Shown in pieces: positions 47,195-56,040 of a stretch of 64,000 bases of DNA. The stretch is taken from NCBI GenBank assembly GCA_040385625.1, contig JAZKHA010000021.1, positions 14,823 through 78,822 on the forward strand, in the 5' to 3' direction. A program made the translations under genes and the position numbers. Position 1 is the stretch's first letter. Every line of letters starts with the position of its first letter. The stretch is from Bacteroidota bacterium (GTDB lineage Bacteria > Bacteroidota > Bacteroidia > Flavobacteriales > Flavobacteriaceae). Below the pieces are notes generated by a model that worked only from the letters and a program-made list of their open reading frames with translations, was not told where the DNA came from and ran no database searches.

Positions 47195-48436
47195 TTAATT
47201 CAATAAAGTGACATCAATGTATTTGTTTACAGCGAGTTCAAATTCTTTTCTAGAAACTGGTTTAGAAAGATAACCGTTAAAGGCATTACCATAACTTTCT
47301 TTATTGTCTTTTAAAGAATAAGCCGATTGCGCAATAATAGGCATGTCTGGCGCTTCATTTTTAATCAGTTGCGCCGCTACATAACCATCAACTTGAGGCA
47401 TACGCAAATCCATTAAAATCAAATTGATATCCGGATTCTTTTTGTATATCTCGTAGGCTTCTTCCCCATTTTTAGCTCGTATGATTTTAACATCTCCTTT
47501 TTCCATTAATTTTTTCAGCAACATAAAACTGATTTCTTCATCATCGGCAATTAACACCTTGATTGTTTTTTTGGATTCTACTAGAGGCCCTTCTACTGGC
47601 GCCGGAACATAAGGCACTTTAAACGAAAATAACGTTCCCACCCCTAGTTCTGATTCTACTTTTAAAGATCCACCCAACAAATCAACGTAACGCTTAACAG
47701 TTGCAAGTCCTAAACCTACTTCATTCCCTTCATCTGTCACTTTTTCAATTTGGAGTTGCGAGTCAACAAGTTTTTCTTTTAAGCTTTTATCCAAACCAAC
47801 ACCACTGTCTTTTACATAAAATTTTAGCTCATCATTTAGCAATTTATAACCCATTTCAATAAAACCTTTATGGGTAAATTTTAATGAATTATTGAGCAGG
47901 CTTGTCAATACATGAGTAAGTTTGCCTCCATCAGTCAAAACAGTATCATCATCATCCGACAAACCTTTGACAGATCTAAAATTCAATCCTTTATAAAAAA
48001 CTTGATCAACAAACTTGATTTTTAAATCATCCAAGAGTTCATTAAGCGAAAGTGCTTTTGCTTCTATGACTTCTTTTTTAGATTTCAAGGAATTGTAACT
48101 TACAAATTCAGAAAAAACGCCTTGAATTTCATTGGAGCAATTTGCAATAATTTCAGCAAGGTTATTTCTTTCTTCAAAATCTAAATTAGCTGTACTTAAT
48201 AATTTAGACAACCCCACAATAGTATCCAAAGGGGTTTTTACTTTCTGAAAAACCGATTCAACCAATTCTGAATTTAATGATTTATATTCCCCCTCTTTTT
48301 CAATTTCCAAACTATCTAAAACAGCCCTTGACTCTTTATCTGTTACATTCAATAACAAAGACAACTTAACCAACTCTTCTTTTAAATCAGCCACCTGATT
48401 CTCTAGCTCCACGTATGATGGTTTATTCGCTTTCAT
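47195..48436 (-). CDS. Soluble hybrid histidine-kinase-like protein (coiled coil, degenerate HisKA, HATPase_c and receiver domain)
   Basis: N box LLNNSLKFT, G1 box DSGVG, G2 box GLGLA. The receiver has DDEE, the MDLRMP Asp and SKP Lys. The H-box reads FQKVKTPL, with Gln in place of the phospho-acceptor His. Confidence 0.75.
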   Translation of the reverse strand: MKANKPSYVELENQVADLKEELVKLSLLLNVTDKESRAVLDSLEIEKEGEYKSLNSELVESVFQKVKTPLDTIVGLSKLLSTANLDFEERNNLAEIIANCSNEIQGVFSEFVSYNSLKSKKEVIEAKALSLNELLDDLKIKFVDQVFYKGLNFRSVKGLSDDDDTVLTDGGKLTHVLTSLLNNSLKFTHKGFIEMGYKLLNDELKFYVKDSGVGLDKSLKEKLVDSQLQIEKVTDEGNEVGLGLATVKRYVDLLGGSLKVESELGVGTLFSFKVPYVPAPVEGPLVESKKTIKVLIADDEEISFMLLKKLMEKGDVKIIRAKNGEEAYEIYKKNPDINLILMDLRMPQVDGYVAAQLIKNEAPDMPIIAQSAYSLKDNKESYGNAFNGYLSKPVSRKEFELAVNKYIDVTLLN

Positions 48437-48479
48437 ATACTCTGATTTTTAAATTAGTACTATATTTTTTGAACAGGGG

Positions 48480-48487
48480 CAAATTTA
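48480..48487 (-). promoter_or_regulatory. Candidate -7 promoter box (TAAATTTG on the minus strand) for the hybrid kinase gene
   Basis: The reverse complement of CAAATTTA matches TAnnTTTG, 43 nt upstream of the ATG at 48436. Confidence 0.4.
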
Positions 48488-48738
48488 TTTTCAACAGAAC
48501 AAAAACAGCCAATAAGTCTTAACTATTTAATTATCACAAAGTTACTATTTAAAAAATAAAAAAAAAGGTTTTACACAATTCATTTACAACACATTACAAA
48601 AAAATAAAGTTGAGATAAAACAACAATTTCTCGAAAGTCTAATTCAATCCTAAAATATATACCAATCATTCAAAATAATCTTAGGCCATCATCCTAACTC
48701 ATAACAATTTTCGTATTTTCGCTATTATTTTCAAGCCC

Positions 48739-49488
48739 ATGATGCTAGTTCGTTACTTATCGCAAATAGGAAGGTATTTTATAATGCTTCGCGAAATTTT
48801 TAAAAAACCAACCAAATGGTCTATGATGCGCCAATTGATTTTCAAAGAAATTGATGATTTGATTATTGACTCTTTGGGAATTGTTGCTTTTATTTCGTTT
48901 TTCGTAGGAGGTGTTGTAGCCATTCAAACGGCTTTGAATTTAACCAATCCTTTAATTCCAAAATATTTAATTGGTTTTGCAACACGCCAATCGGTTATTT
49001 TAGAGTTTGCTCCAACTTTTATCTCTATTATTATGGCAGGTAAAATGGGTTCTTTTATCACCTCAAGTATTGGAACCATGCGAGTTACGGAGCAAATTGA
49101 CGCATTGGAAGTAATGGGAGTTAATTCCTTGAATTATTTGGTATTCCCAAAATTGATCGCACTATTACTTTATCCTTTTGTCATCGGAATCAGTATGTTT
49201 TTGGGTGTTTTAGGTGGATGGATGGCTGCTGTATACGGTGGATTCACCTCGGCTGACGAGTTTATTACAGGAATACAAACCGAATTCATTCCGTTTCATG
49301 TTACCTATGCATTTATAAAAACTATTGTATTTGCATTTTTACTAGCAACAATTCCTTCGTTTCATGGTTATTACATGAAAGGTGGTGCGTTAGAAGTAGG
49401 TAAAGCCAGTACCGTATCCTTTGTTTGGACCTCAGTAGTGATTATTTTAACGAATTACATTTTAACACAACTTCTTTTAGCTAATTAA
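48739..49488 (+). CDS. mlaE: MlaE-family ABC transporter permease
   Basis: 249 aa with about 5 TM helices. RQSVILEFAPTFISIIMAGKMGS and MRVTEQIDALEVMGVN are typical of the MlaE/Ttg2B family. Confidence 0.8.
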   Translation: MMLVRYLSQIGRYFIMLREIFKKPTKWSMMRQLIFKEIDDLIIDSLGIVAFISFFVGGVVAIQTALNLTNPLIPKYLIGFATRQSVILEFAPTFISIIMAGKMGSFITSSIGTMRVTEQIDALEVMGVNSLNYLVFPKLIALLLYPFVIGISMFLGVLGGWMAAVYGGFTSADEFITGIQTEFIPFHVTYAFIKTIVFAFLLATIPSFHGYYMKGGALEVGKASTVSFVWTSVVIILTNYILTQLLLAN

Positions 49489-49490
49489 TT

Positions 49491-50258
49491 ATGATTGAAG
49501 TAAATGATATCAAGAAATCATTTGGAGACCAAATGGTTTTAAAAGGAGTTTCTACCACTTTAGATGCAGGAAAAACCAACTTAATTATTGGCCAATCAGG
49601 TTCAGGAAAAACGGTATTTTTAAAATCCTTATTGGGCATTCACACTCCCGAAAGCGGAACCATCTCATTTGATGGAAGAATTTATACGGAATTGAGTGAT
49701 GATGAAAAGCGTGAATTACGTACAGAAATAGGCATGGTATTTCAAGGAAGTGCTTTATTCGATTCCATGACTGTAGAAGAAAACATAGGTTTCCCGTTAA
49801 AAATGTTTACCAACAAAACCAAAAAAGAAATCAAAGAAAGAGTTGACTTTGTAATTGACAGAGTAAAATTGGTTGATGCACATACTAAAAAACCATCTGA
49901 AATTTCTGGAGGGATGCAAAAGCGTGTGGCGATTGCAAGAGCTATTGTGAACAATCCGAAATACTTATTTTGTGACGAGCCTAATTCAGGTTTAGATCCA
50001 AAAACGGCAATTGTAATTGATAATCTAATTCAGGAAATTACCAAAGAATACAACATTACCACTGTAATCAATACGCACGACATGAACTCTGTAATGGAAA
50101 TTGGTGACAAAATTGTGTTCCTGAAAAACGGATTAAAAGCTTGGGAAGGTGATAAATCACAAATTTTCAAAACCGATAACGAAGCCGTTACCGATTTTGT
50201 GTATTCTTCTGAATTGTTTAAAAAAGTAAGAGAAGCTGTTTTGAAAGAAGGAATTTAA
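49491..50258 (+). CDS. mlaF: ABC transporter ATP-binding protein (MlaF-like)
   Basis: Walker A GQSGSGKT, signature ISGGMQKRV, Walker B LFCDEPNSGLD. Starts 2 nt after mlaE. Confidence 0.85.
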   Translation: MIEVNDIKKSFGDQMVLKGVSTTLDAGKTNLIIGQSGSGKTVFLKSLLGIHTPESGTISFDGRIYTELSDDEKRELRTEIGMVFQGSALFDSMTVEENIGFPLKMFTNKTKKEIKERVDFVIDRVKLVDAHTKKPSEISGGMQKRVAIARAIVNNPKYLFCDEPNSGLDPKTAIVIDNLIQEITKEYNITTVINTHDMNSVMEIGDKIVFLKNGLKAWEGDKSQIFKTDNEAVTDFVYSSELFKKVREAVLKEGI

Positions 50259-51316
50259 TCCTTACTCAACTTTGCCACAACCGCTTTAATGTCCTGCTCT
50301 TTACTTTTCGGATAAATTAGTAATACATCATCTTTATCAACAATGATATAATCGTCTAATCCATCGATGATGATTAGTTTTTTTCCGTCAGTTCGAACGA
50401 TATTGTTTGATGCATTTTCCAAAACCACAGTAGCATTAACTACCGCATTGTTGTTTTCGTCCTTGTCTAGTTTTTCGTGAAGCGAACCCCAAGTTCCTAA
50501 ATCATTCCAATCGAAAGTAGCAGGCAAAACATATACATTTTGCGCATTTTCCATCACGGCATAATCAATAGAAATATTTTCGGCTAGTGCGTAATTGTCT
50601 TCTATAAATTGTTTTTCGGAAGGCGTATTATAGCTGTCAGAACCTTGATGAAACAAGCTGTTCATTTGCGGTTGAAATCTTGAAAAAGCTTCTGTTATCG
50701 TTTTGACACTCCAAATAAAGATTCCGCCATTCCACAAGAAATTCCCGCTATCTAAAAACGATTTTGCCGTTTCATAATCCGGTTTTTCTCTGAATTGATT
50801 TACTTTTTTAATTGGATTTGCATCAGTTTTATCAAATTCAATATACCCAAAACCTGTATTAGGAAAGGTCGGTTGAATTCCAAGAGTCATCAACGCGCTT
50901 TCTTTGGCACAGAAATCAAAACACTGTTGCAAATTTTCAGTAAAAGCGACTTCATCTTCAATCCAGTGATCGCTTGGCGCTACCACCATTACTGCATCTG
51001 GATTTTGCTTTTGAATTTTTAACGACGCATATAAAATACATGGCGCAGTATTACGCATTGCCGGCTCCAACAAAACTTGTTCTTGCTTCACTTGTGGCAA
51101 TTGTTCTAAAACCAAATCGTTGTATTTTTCATTGGTTAAAATCAAAATATTTTCAACAGGAATTAGTTTAGCCAATCTCGAGAAAGTCTTTTGTATCAAG
51201 GTTTCTCCAGATCCTAACATATCGTGAAATTGCTTTGGAAATTCGGTTGTGGAAACTGGCCAAAAACGAGAACCAACTCCTCCAGCCATTAATATTGCGT
51301 AATAATTTTTGTTCAT
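50255..51316 (-). CDS. Mannose-1-phosphate guanylyltransferase
   Basis: N-terminus AILMAGGVGSRFWPVS with the nucleotidyltransferase fold. 353 aa. Its stop shares TTAA with the mlaF stop. Confidence 0.8.
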   Translation of the reverse strand: MNKNYYAILMAGGVGSRFWPVSTTEFPKQFHDMLGSGETLIQKTFSRLAKLIPVENILILTNEKYNDLVLEQLPQVKQEQVLLEPAMRNTAPCILYASLKIQKQNPDAVMVVAPSDHWIEDEVAFTENLQQCFDFCAKESALMTLGIQPTFPNTGFGYIEFDKTDANPIKKVNQFREKPDYETAKSFLDSGNFLWNGGIFIWSVKTITEAFSRFQPQMNSLFHQGSDSYNTPSEKQFIEDNYALAENISIDYAVMENAQNVYVLPATFDWNDLGTWGSLHEKLDKDENNNAVVNATVVLENASNNIVRTDGKKLIIIDGLDDYIIVDKDDVLLIYPKSKEQDIKAVVAKLSKD

Positions 51317-51368
51317 ATATTCTAAAAGTTACAAAGTAACAAGTTGGCAAAGTTACAAAGAATTATAT

Positions 51369-51968
51369 TTAACTTGGCAACAACTCGACTTCTGCATTTG
51401 GATTAAACAAATAGGTTCTGCCTGAACTGATTTCAAGACATTCATAACGCTTGGTGCGTTGGGCAATTTTCTTAAATATTTTTCCATTATGGATTCTAAA
51501 AACACTACCGTAAGGCAATTCGAAAATGTAATTTTTATCGTTTACGGGATCGAATTGTTTTAAGGCTAAAGCCAAAGTAGCATCGGTATCACTACTCGCT
51601 TTCGGGTTTCTGAAATGACGAGCCAATAAAGGCAATAATTGATGTGGAAAAATTTCTGGCCGAATAAATGGCACCATCAATCGTTGGAAAGTCAATTTCC
51701 ATTCGTCCCCATGCGGTTTGATGAATCGTCCGTATTTTTCAAAAGCGACCAAATGGGCAATTTCATGAATCAACGTAATTAAAAATCGATACTTATTCAA
51801 ACTGGTATTGACCGTAATCACATGATAGCCTTGCGCATCTTTTCTATAATCGCCATGACGTGTCACACGTTCGTTGACAATTTTAAGATGCACATGATTG
51901 GCTTTGATTAGCTCAAAACACATGGGAACTGCATGTTCCGGTATATATTTTAACAAAACGTCGCTCAA
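51369..51968 (-). CDS. SprT-like zinc-metalloprotease-domain protein
   Basis: HExxH motif in LIHEIAHLVAF, followed by GDEW. Confidence 0.65.
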   Translation of the reverse strand: MSDVLLKYIPEHAVPMCFELIKANHVHLKIVNERVTRHGDYRKDAQGYHVITVNTSLNKYRFLITLIHEIAHLVAFEKYGRFIKPHGDEWKLTFQRLMVPFIRPEIFPHQLLPLLARHFRNPKASSDTDATLALALKQFDPVNDKNYIFELPYGSVFRIHNGKIFKKIAQRTKRYECLEISSGRTYLFNPNAEVELLPS

Positions 51969-51971
51969 TTT

Positions 51972-52649
51972 TTAAGGTGTTGTTGAAGAAACCTGAAGCA
52001 CTTTTCCGTTGTAAAATTTATTTCCGGTCAGTGCAAAGTTAAAGATATAATCAGCCATTTCTTTTGCTGAAATTGGCGCTTCATACCCTGGAAAAGCTTC
52101 TTGCAGCATTTCGGTATTAACCGCTCCAAGCGCTAATACGTTAAAAGCAATGCCGCGATCCTTGTATTCTTCTGCTAATAATTCCGACAAGGTAATTACA
52201 GCTCCTTTACTAGAACTATAGGCAGCTAATCCAGCGAATTTCATACTTCCTTGAATCCCTCCCATCGAACTAATAGTCACTACATGGCTTCCTTTTTGCA
52301 AAAATGGAATACCGATTCGAGTCAGATTAGCTACACCAAAAACATTAACTTTATAAATGTTTTCAAATTCTTCTGAAGAGATTTGGTCGAATGGCTTTAA
52401 CAATAGCGATCCGGCATTATGAATGACAACATCAACTTTTTTCCACGTGTGTGAAAGGAAATTTTCAACTTTTTGTAAATCTTCTTCCACAGACAAATCA
52501 ACCGAAAGACATGTAATATTTGCGTTTTCGATTAAAACTTGCGGTGTTTTTCTCGAAATAGCCAATACGTTATGACCGGCTTTTGCGAATTGCAATGCCA
52601 ATTCGTAACCAATTCCGCGAGAAGTTCCTGTAATGATGATATTTTTCAT
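51972..52649 (-). CDS. Short-chain dehydrogenase/reductase (SDR) family oxidoreductase
   Basis: TGTSRGIG cofactor motif, NAG, and YSSSK (YxxxK catalytic motif). Confidence 0.85.
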   Translation of the reverse strand: MKNIIITGTSRGIGYELALQFAKAGHNVLAISRKTPQVLIENANITCLSVDLSVEEDLQKVENFLSHTWKKVDVVIHNAGSLLLKPFDQISSEEFENIYKVNVFGVANLTRIGIPFLQKGSHVVTISSMGGIQGSMKFAGLAAYSSSKGAVITLSELLAEEYKDRGIAFNVLALGAVNTEMLQEAFPGYEAPISAKEMADYIFNFALTGNKFYNGKVLQVSSTTP

Positions 52650-52671
52650 TCTAATGAATTTTAGCTAAAAT

Positions 52672-52708
52672 AAAAAAAATCTCATCAAGATAGTCAAGAT
52701 GAGATTTT
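52672..52708 (-). terminator. Rho-independent terminator after the PDH E2 gene
   Basis: Stem AAAATCTCATC / GATGAGATTTT with an 11-nt loop, then a long T-run on the minus strand. Confidence 0.7.
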
Positions 52709-52729
52709 ATATTTAAAACCGATTGACAA

Positions 52730-54349
52730 TTACGCCAACATGGTCACTGGATTTTCAACAAATTGTTTTAATGTTTGCAAGAATTGAGCACCTGTTGCTC
52801 CGTCCACAGTTCTGTGGTCGCAAGCTAAAGTAACTTTCATCGTGTTACCCACAACGATTTGACCATTTCTAACAACAGGCTTTTCAACGATAGCTCCTAC
52901 TGATAAAATAGCTGAATTTGGTTGGTTGATAATCGAAGTAAATTCAGTAATACCAAACATTCCAAGGTTAGAAACCGTAAATGTACTTCCGTCCATTTCT
53001 GCAGGCGTTAACTTTTTAGTTTTAGCTTTTCCAGCCAAATCTTTAACACTTGCACCAATTTGAGTCAAACTCATTTGGTCTGCAAAATTTAAAACTGGCA
53101 CTACTAATCCATCTTCAACGGCTACCGCCACACCAATATTTACATGATGATTGATAATCATAGCGTCTGCTGTCCATTGAGAATTTACTTGCGGGTGTTT
53201 TTTCAACGCCATAGCACAAGCTTTCACTACCATATCATTAAATGATACTTTAGTGTCAGGAATAGTATTGATTGTTGCTCTTGATTTCATCGCTTCGTCC
53301 ATCGCAATTTCGATAGTCAAATAGAAATGAGGAGCTGTAAATATAGATTCTGATAAACGCTTCGCAATGGTTTTACGCATTTGCGAATTTTTGATTTCTT
53401 CTGAGAATTTTTCTCCAGCCGGAACAAATGGTTTTACAGCAGCTGCAGTAGAAGTAGCTTGAACTACAGCTTGCCCTGCACTTGATGCTGCTGAAGGTGT
53501 GAAATTCTCCACATCTGTTTTTGTAATTCTTCCGTTTTCACCAGAACCTGCTATTTGTGCTAAGTCGATTCCTTTATCTTGTGCAATTTTTTTAGCCAAA
53601 GGAGAAGCGAAAATTCTACCTGAAGTATTTGTAGATTCTTGTGCATTATTTGCAACTGGAGCAGCAACAACTTCTGCCGCTTTTTCAGTTACAGGAGTCG
53701 CAACGGCAGCACCTGATTTGAAACCAGAAACCACGCCAGAAACATCAGTTCCTGCTGGACCAATAATCGCTAAGATGCTATCCACTGGAGCCGTTTGTCC
53801 TTCGTTAATTCCAATATATAAAAGTGTTCCTGCATTGAATGACTCAAACTCCATCGTTGCTTTGTCTGTTTCAATTTCAGCCAGAATATCGCCTTCTTTG
53901 ACAATATCTCCAACTTTTTTCAACCAAGCAGCAACGGTACCATCCGTCATCGTATCACTCAAACGAGGCATGGTAACTATTTTAACTCCCGCTGGAAGCT
54001 CAGCTGCTTTTGGCGCTTCTGCTTTAACTTCAGCCGCTGGAGCAGAAGCTTCAACAGTTTCCGTTTTTGAAGCTGGAGTTCCACCGTTTAATAAAGCTGA
54101 AATATCTTCCCCTTCATTACCAATAATAGCTAAAAGTGAATCTACTGGTGCAGACTCTCCTTCTTGAATTCCAATATGCAAAAGTGTTCCTGCATTGAAA
54201 GACTCAAACTCCATTGTCGCTTTGTCCGTTTCAATTTCAGCAAGAATATCTCCTTCTTTAATTTTGTCACCCACTTTTTTTAACCATGTTGCCACAGTTC
54301 CTTCCGTCATGGTATCGCTCAAACGCGGCATTGTAATTACTGTTGCCAT
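52730..54349 (-). CDS. Pyruvate dehydrogenase complex E2 (dihydrolipoyllysine-residue acetyltransferase) with two lipoyl domains
   Basis: The lipoyl-lysine motif EIETDKATMEFE occurs twice. Also present are Ala/Pro-rich linkers, the subunit-binding domain (SPLAKKIAQDKGIDL) and the catalytic DHRTVDG. Confidence 0.9.
   Translation of the reverse strand: MATVITMPRLSDTMTEGTVATWLKKVGDKIKEGDILAEIETDKATMEFESFNAGTLLHIGIQEGESAPVDSLLAIIGNEGEDISALLNGGTPASKTETVEASAPAAEVKAEAPKAAELPAGVKIVTMPRLSDTMTDGTVAAWLKKVGDIVKEGDILAEIETDKATMEFESFNAGTLLYIGINEGQTAPVDSILAIIGPAGTDVSGVVSGFKSGAAVATPVTEKAAEVVAAPVANNAQESTNTSGRIFASPLAKKIAQDKGIDLAQIAGSGENGRITKTDVENFTPSAASSAGQAVVQATSTAAAVKPFVPAGEKFSEEIKNSQMRKTIAKRLSESIFTAPHFYLTIEIAMDEAMKSRATINTIPDTKVSFNDMVVKACAMALKKHPQVNSQWTADAMIINHHVNIGVAVAVEDGLVVPVLNFADQMSLTQIGASVKDLAGKAKTKKLTPAEMDGSTFTVSNLGMFGITEFTSIINQPNSAILSVGAIVEKPVVRNGQIVVGNTMKVTLACDHRTVDGATGAQFLQTLKQFVENPVTMLA
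53732..54346 (-). repeat. Intragenic direct duplication encoding the two lipoyl domains of E2
   Basis: The nucleotide blocks ~53732-53980 and ~54098-54346 align at a 360-nt offset. For example, AAAGTGTTCCTGCATTGAA occurs at both 53821 and 54181. The protein copies are nearly identical. Confidence 0.85.
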
Positions 54350-54353
54350 AATC

Positions 54354-55352
54354 TTATAATCTATGAGGAATGAATGGATAGTTTTCTTGATCGTATACTA
54401 CATCATACAATTGTTGCACTTCTGGGAATGGAGATTCTTCGGCGAACTTTTCACATTCTGCCACTAAATCTACTACTCTTTGATCAATTGCTTCAATTTC
54501 TGCTTCGGTAGCGTATTTTTTCTCTTTGATAATATCTAGAACCTGAGTAATTGGGTCGATTTTTTTGTATTCTTCCACCTCTTCTTTAGTTCTGTATAAT
54601 TGTGCATCAGACATAGAGTGTCCTCTGTAACGGTACGTTTTCATTTCAAGGAAAGTTGGTCCGTCTCCACGACGTGCTCTATCAATAGCTTCATGCATCG
54701 CTTCCGCAACTTTTACCGGATTCATTCCGTCAACCGGTCCGCAAGGCATTTCATAACCTAAACCTAGTTTCCAAATATCGGTATGATTGGCAGTTCTTTC
54801 TACAGAAGTTCCCATAGCATATCCGTTGTTTTCAACGATAAAAACTACTGGTAATTTCCATAACATAGCCATATTGAATGCTTCGTGTAGCGAACCTTGA
54901 CGCGCTGCACCATCTCCAAAATAGGTTAAGGTTACACCACCTGTTTCAAAATATTTATCGGCAAAAGCCATTCCAGCACCTACAGGAATTTGAGCTCCTA
55001 CGATACCATGACCACCATAAAATCCTTTTTCTTTTGAGAAAATGTGCATAGAACCACCCATTCCTTTTGAGGTACCGGTTACTTTCCCAAGTAATTCAGC
55101 CATAACTGCTTTTGGATCAACACCCATACCAATTGGCTGAACGTGATTACGATAAGCAGTAATCATTTTGTCTTTCCCTAGTTCCATAGCGTGAAGAGCT
55201 CCCGCTAATACTGCTTCTTGACCGTTATATAAGTGAAGAAATCCTCTTACTTTTTGTTGAATATAAAGTGCAGCTAATTTATCTTCGAATTTTCTCCAAA
55301 ACTGCATGTCCTCATACCATTTAAGGTATACTTCTTTTGTAATTTCTTTCAT
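54354..55352 (-). CDS. pdhA: Pyruvate dehydrogenase E1 component, alpha subunit
   Basis: ThDP-binding region GDGAARQGSLHEAFNMA...ENNGYAMGT. 332 aa. Lies 4 nt upstream of the E2 gene. Confidence 0.9.
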   Translation of the reverse strand: MKEITKEVYLKWYEDMQFWRKFEDKLAALYIQQKVRGFLHLYNGQEAVLAGALHAMELGKDKMITAYRNHVQPIGMGVDPKAVMAELLGKVTGTSKGMGGSMHIFSKEKGFYGGHGIVGAQIPVGAGMAFADKYFETGGVTLTYFGDGAARQGSLHEAFNMAMLWKLPVVFIVENNGYAMGTSVERTANHTDIWKLGLGYEMPCGPVDGMNPVKVAEAMHEAIDRARRGDGPTFLEMKTYRYRGHSMSDAQLYRTKEEVEEYKKIDPITQVLDIIKEKKYATEAEIEAIDQRVVDLVAECEKFAEESPFPEVQQLYDVVYDQENYPFIPHRL

Positions 55353-55482
55353 TGCTTTCGTGCTAATTTTTTGTGCTTACAATTATTTATACGCAAAATA
55401 CTGACCTCACACAAATTTGCGAGGAGCAAAAATAAGACATTCCGATTAAGATGTAAAATTTAAAGCCTACTTTTTATTTCTT

Positions 55483-55965
55483 TTATAAAAAGTTCTTATC
55501 AAATGTTAGCGGAAGTAAATTTTTAATGGAATCTGACTTATAAACTTCTCCTGTTTCTCCCATAAAGAAAATTTCAATATTTGCATCTTGTTTGAACTCG
55601 TATTCAAATATTGATTGCCTACATGCACCACAAGGAGGAATTGGCTTAGTCGTAATATTTTCCGTAGAACCTGCCGTTATCGCCATTTTTACAATTTTCG
55701 CATCAGGATACACTGCTCCTGATTGAAAAATAGCCACTCGTTCTGCACAAAGCCCAGATGGATAAGCAGCATTTTCTTGATTGGATCCCACTACTACTTG
55801 TCCATTATCTAATAAAATAGCCGCGCCAACTTTGAATTTAGAATAAGGAGCGTAAGCATTTTTTCTAATTTCAATAGCTCTTTGCATTAGCGATTGATCA
55901 TTTGAAGACAATTCATTCAAAGATTCGAAAGCAATAAGTTGTGTGTTAATGTTAATCTCCTTCAT
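55483..55965 (-). CDS. cdd: Cytidine deaminase
   Basis: Zinc motifs CAERVA and PCGACRQ. 160 aa. Confidence 0.9.
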   Translation of the reverse strand: MKEININTQLIAFESLNELSSNDQSLMQRAIEIRKNAYAPYSKFKVGAAILLDNGQVVVGSNQENAAYPSGLCAERVAIFQSGAVYPDAKIVKMAITAGSTENITTKPIPPCGACRQSIFEYEFKQDANIEIFFMGETGEVYKSDSIKNLLPLTFDKNFL

Positions 55966-55981
55966 ACGTTCTTTTTAAGGG

Positions 55982-56018
55982 AAAAAAAATCCAAATCTCA
56001 TTTTACTGAAATTTGGAT
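55982..56018 (-). terminator. Rho-independent terminator after porV
   Basis: 8-bp stem ATCCAAAT / ATTTGGAT with a 14-nt loop, followed by an 8-nt T-run on the minus strand. Confidence 0.65.
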
Positions 56019-56040
56019 TATAAATGTATTAAATATTTAT

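Noticed and set aside
53499-54167. 222-aa ORF on the plus strand, antisense to the PDH E2 gene
   Set aside because: It lies entirely inside a gene with unmistakable E2 motifs. Its translation is Ala/Ser/Thr/Pro low-complexity sequence that mirrors the Ala/Pro linkers and the duplicated lipoyl-domain DNA. It has no promoter box or independent signal.
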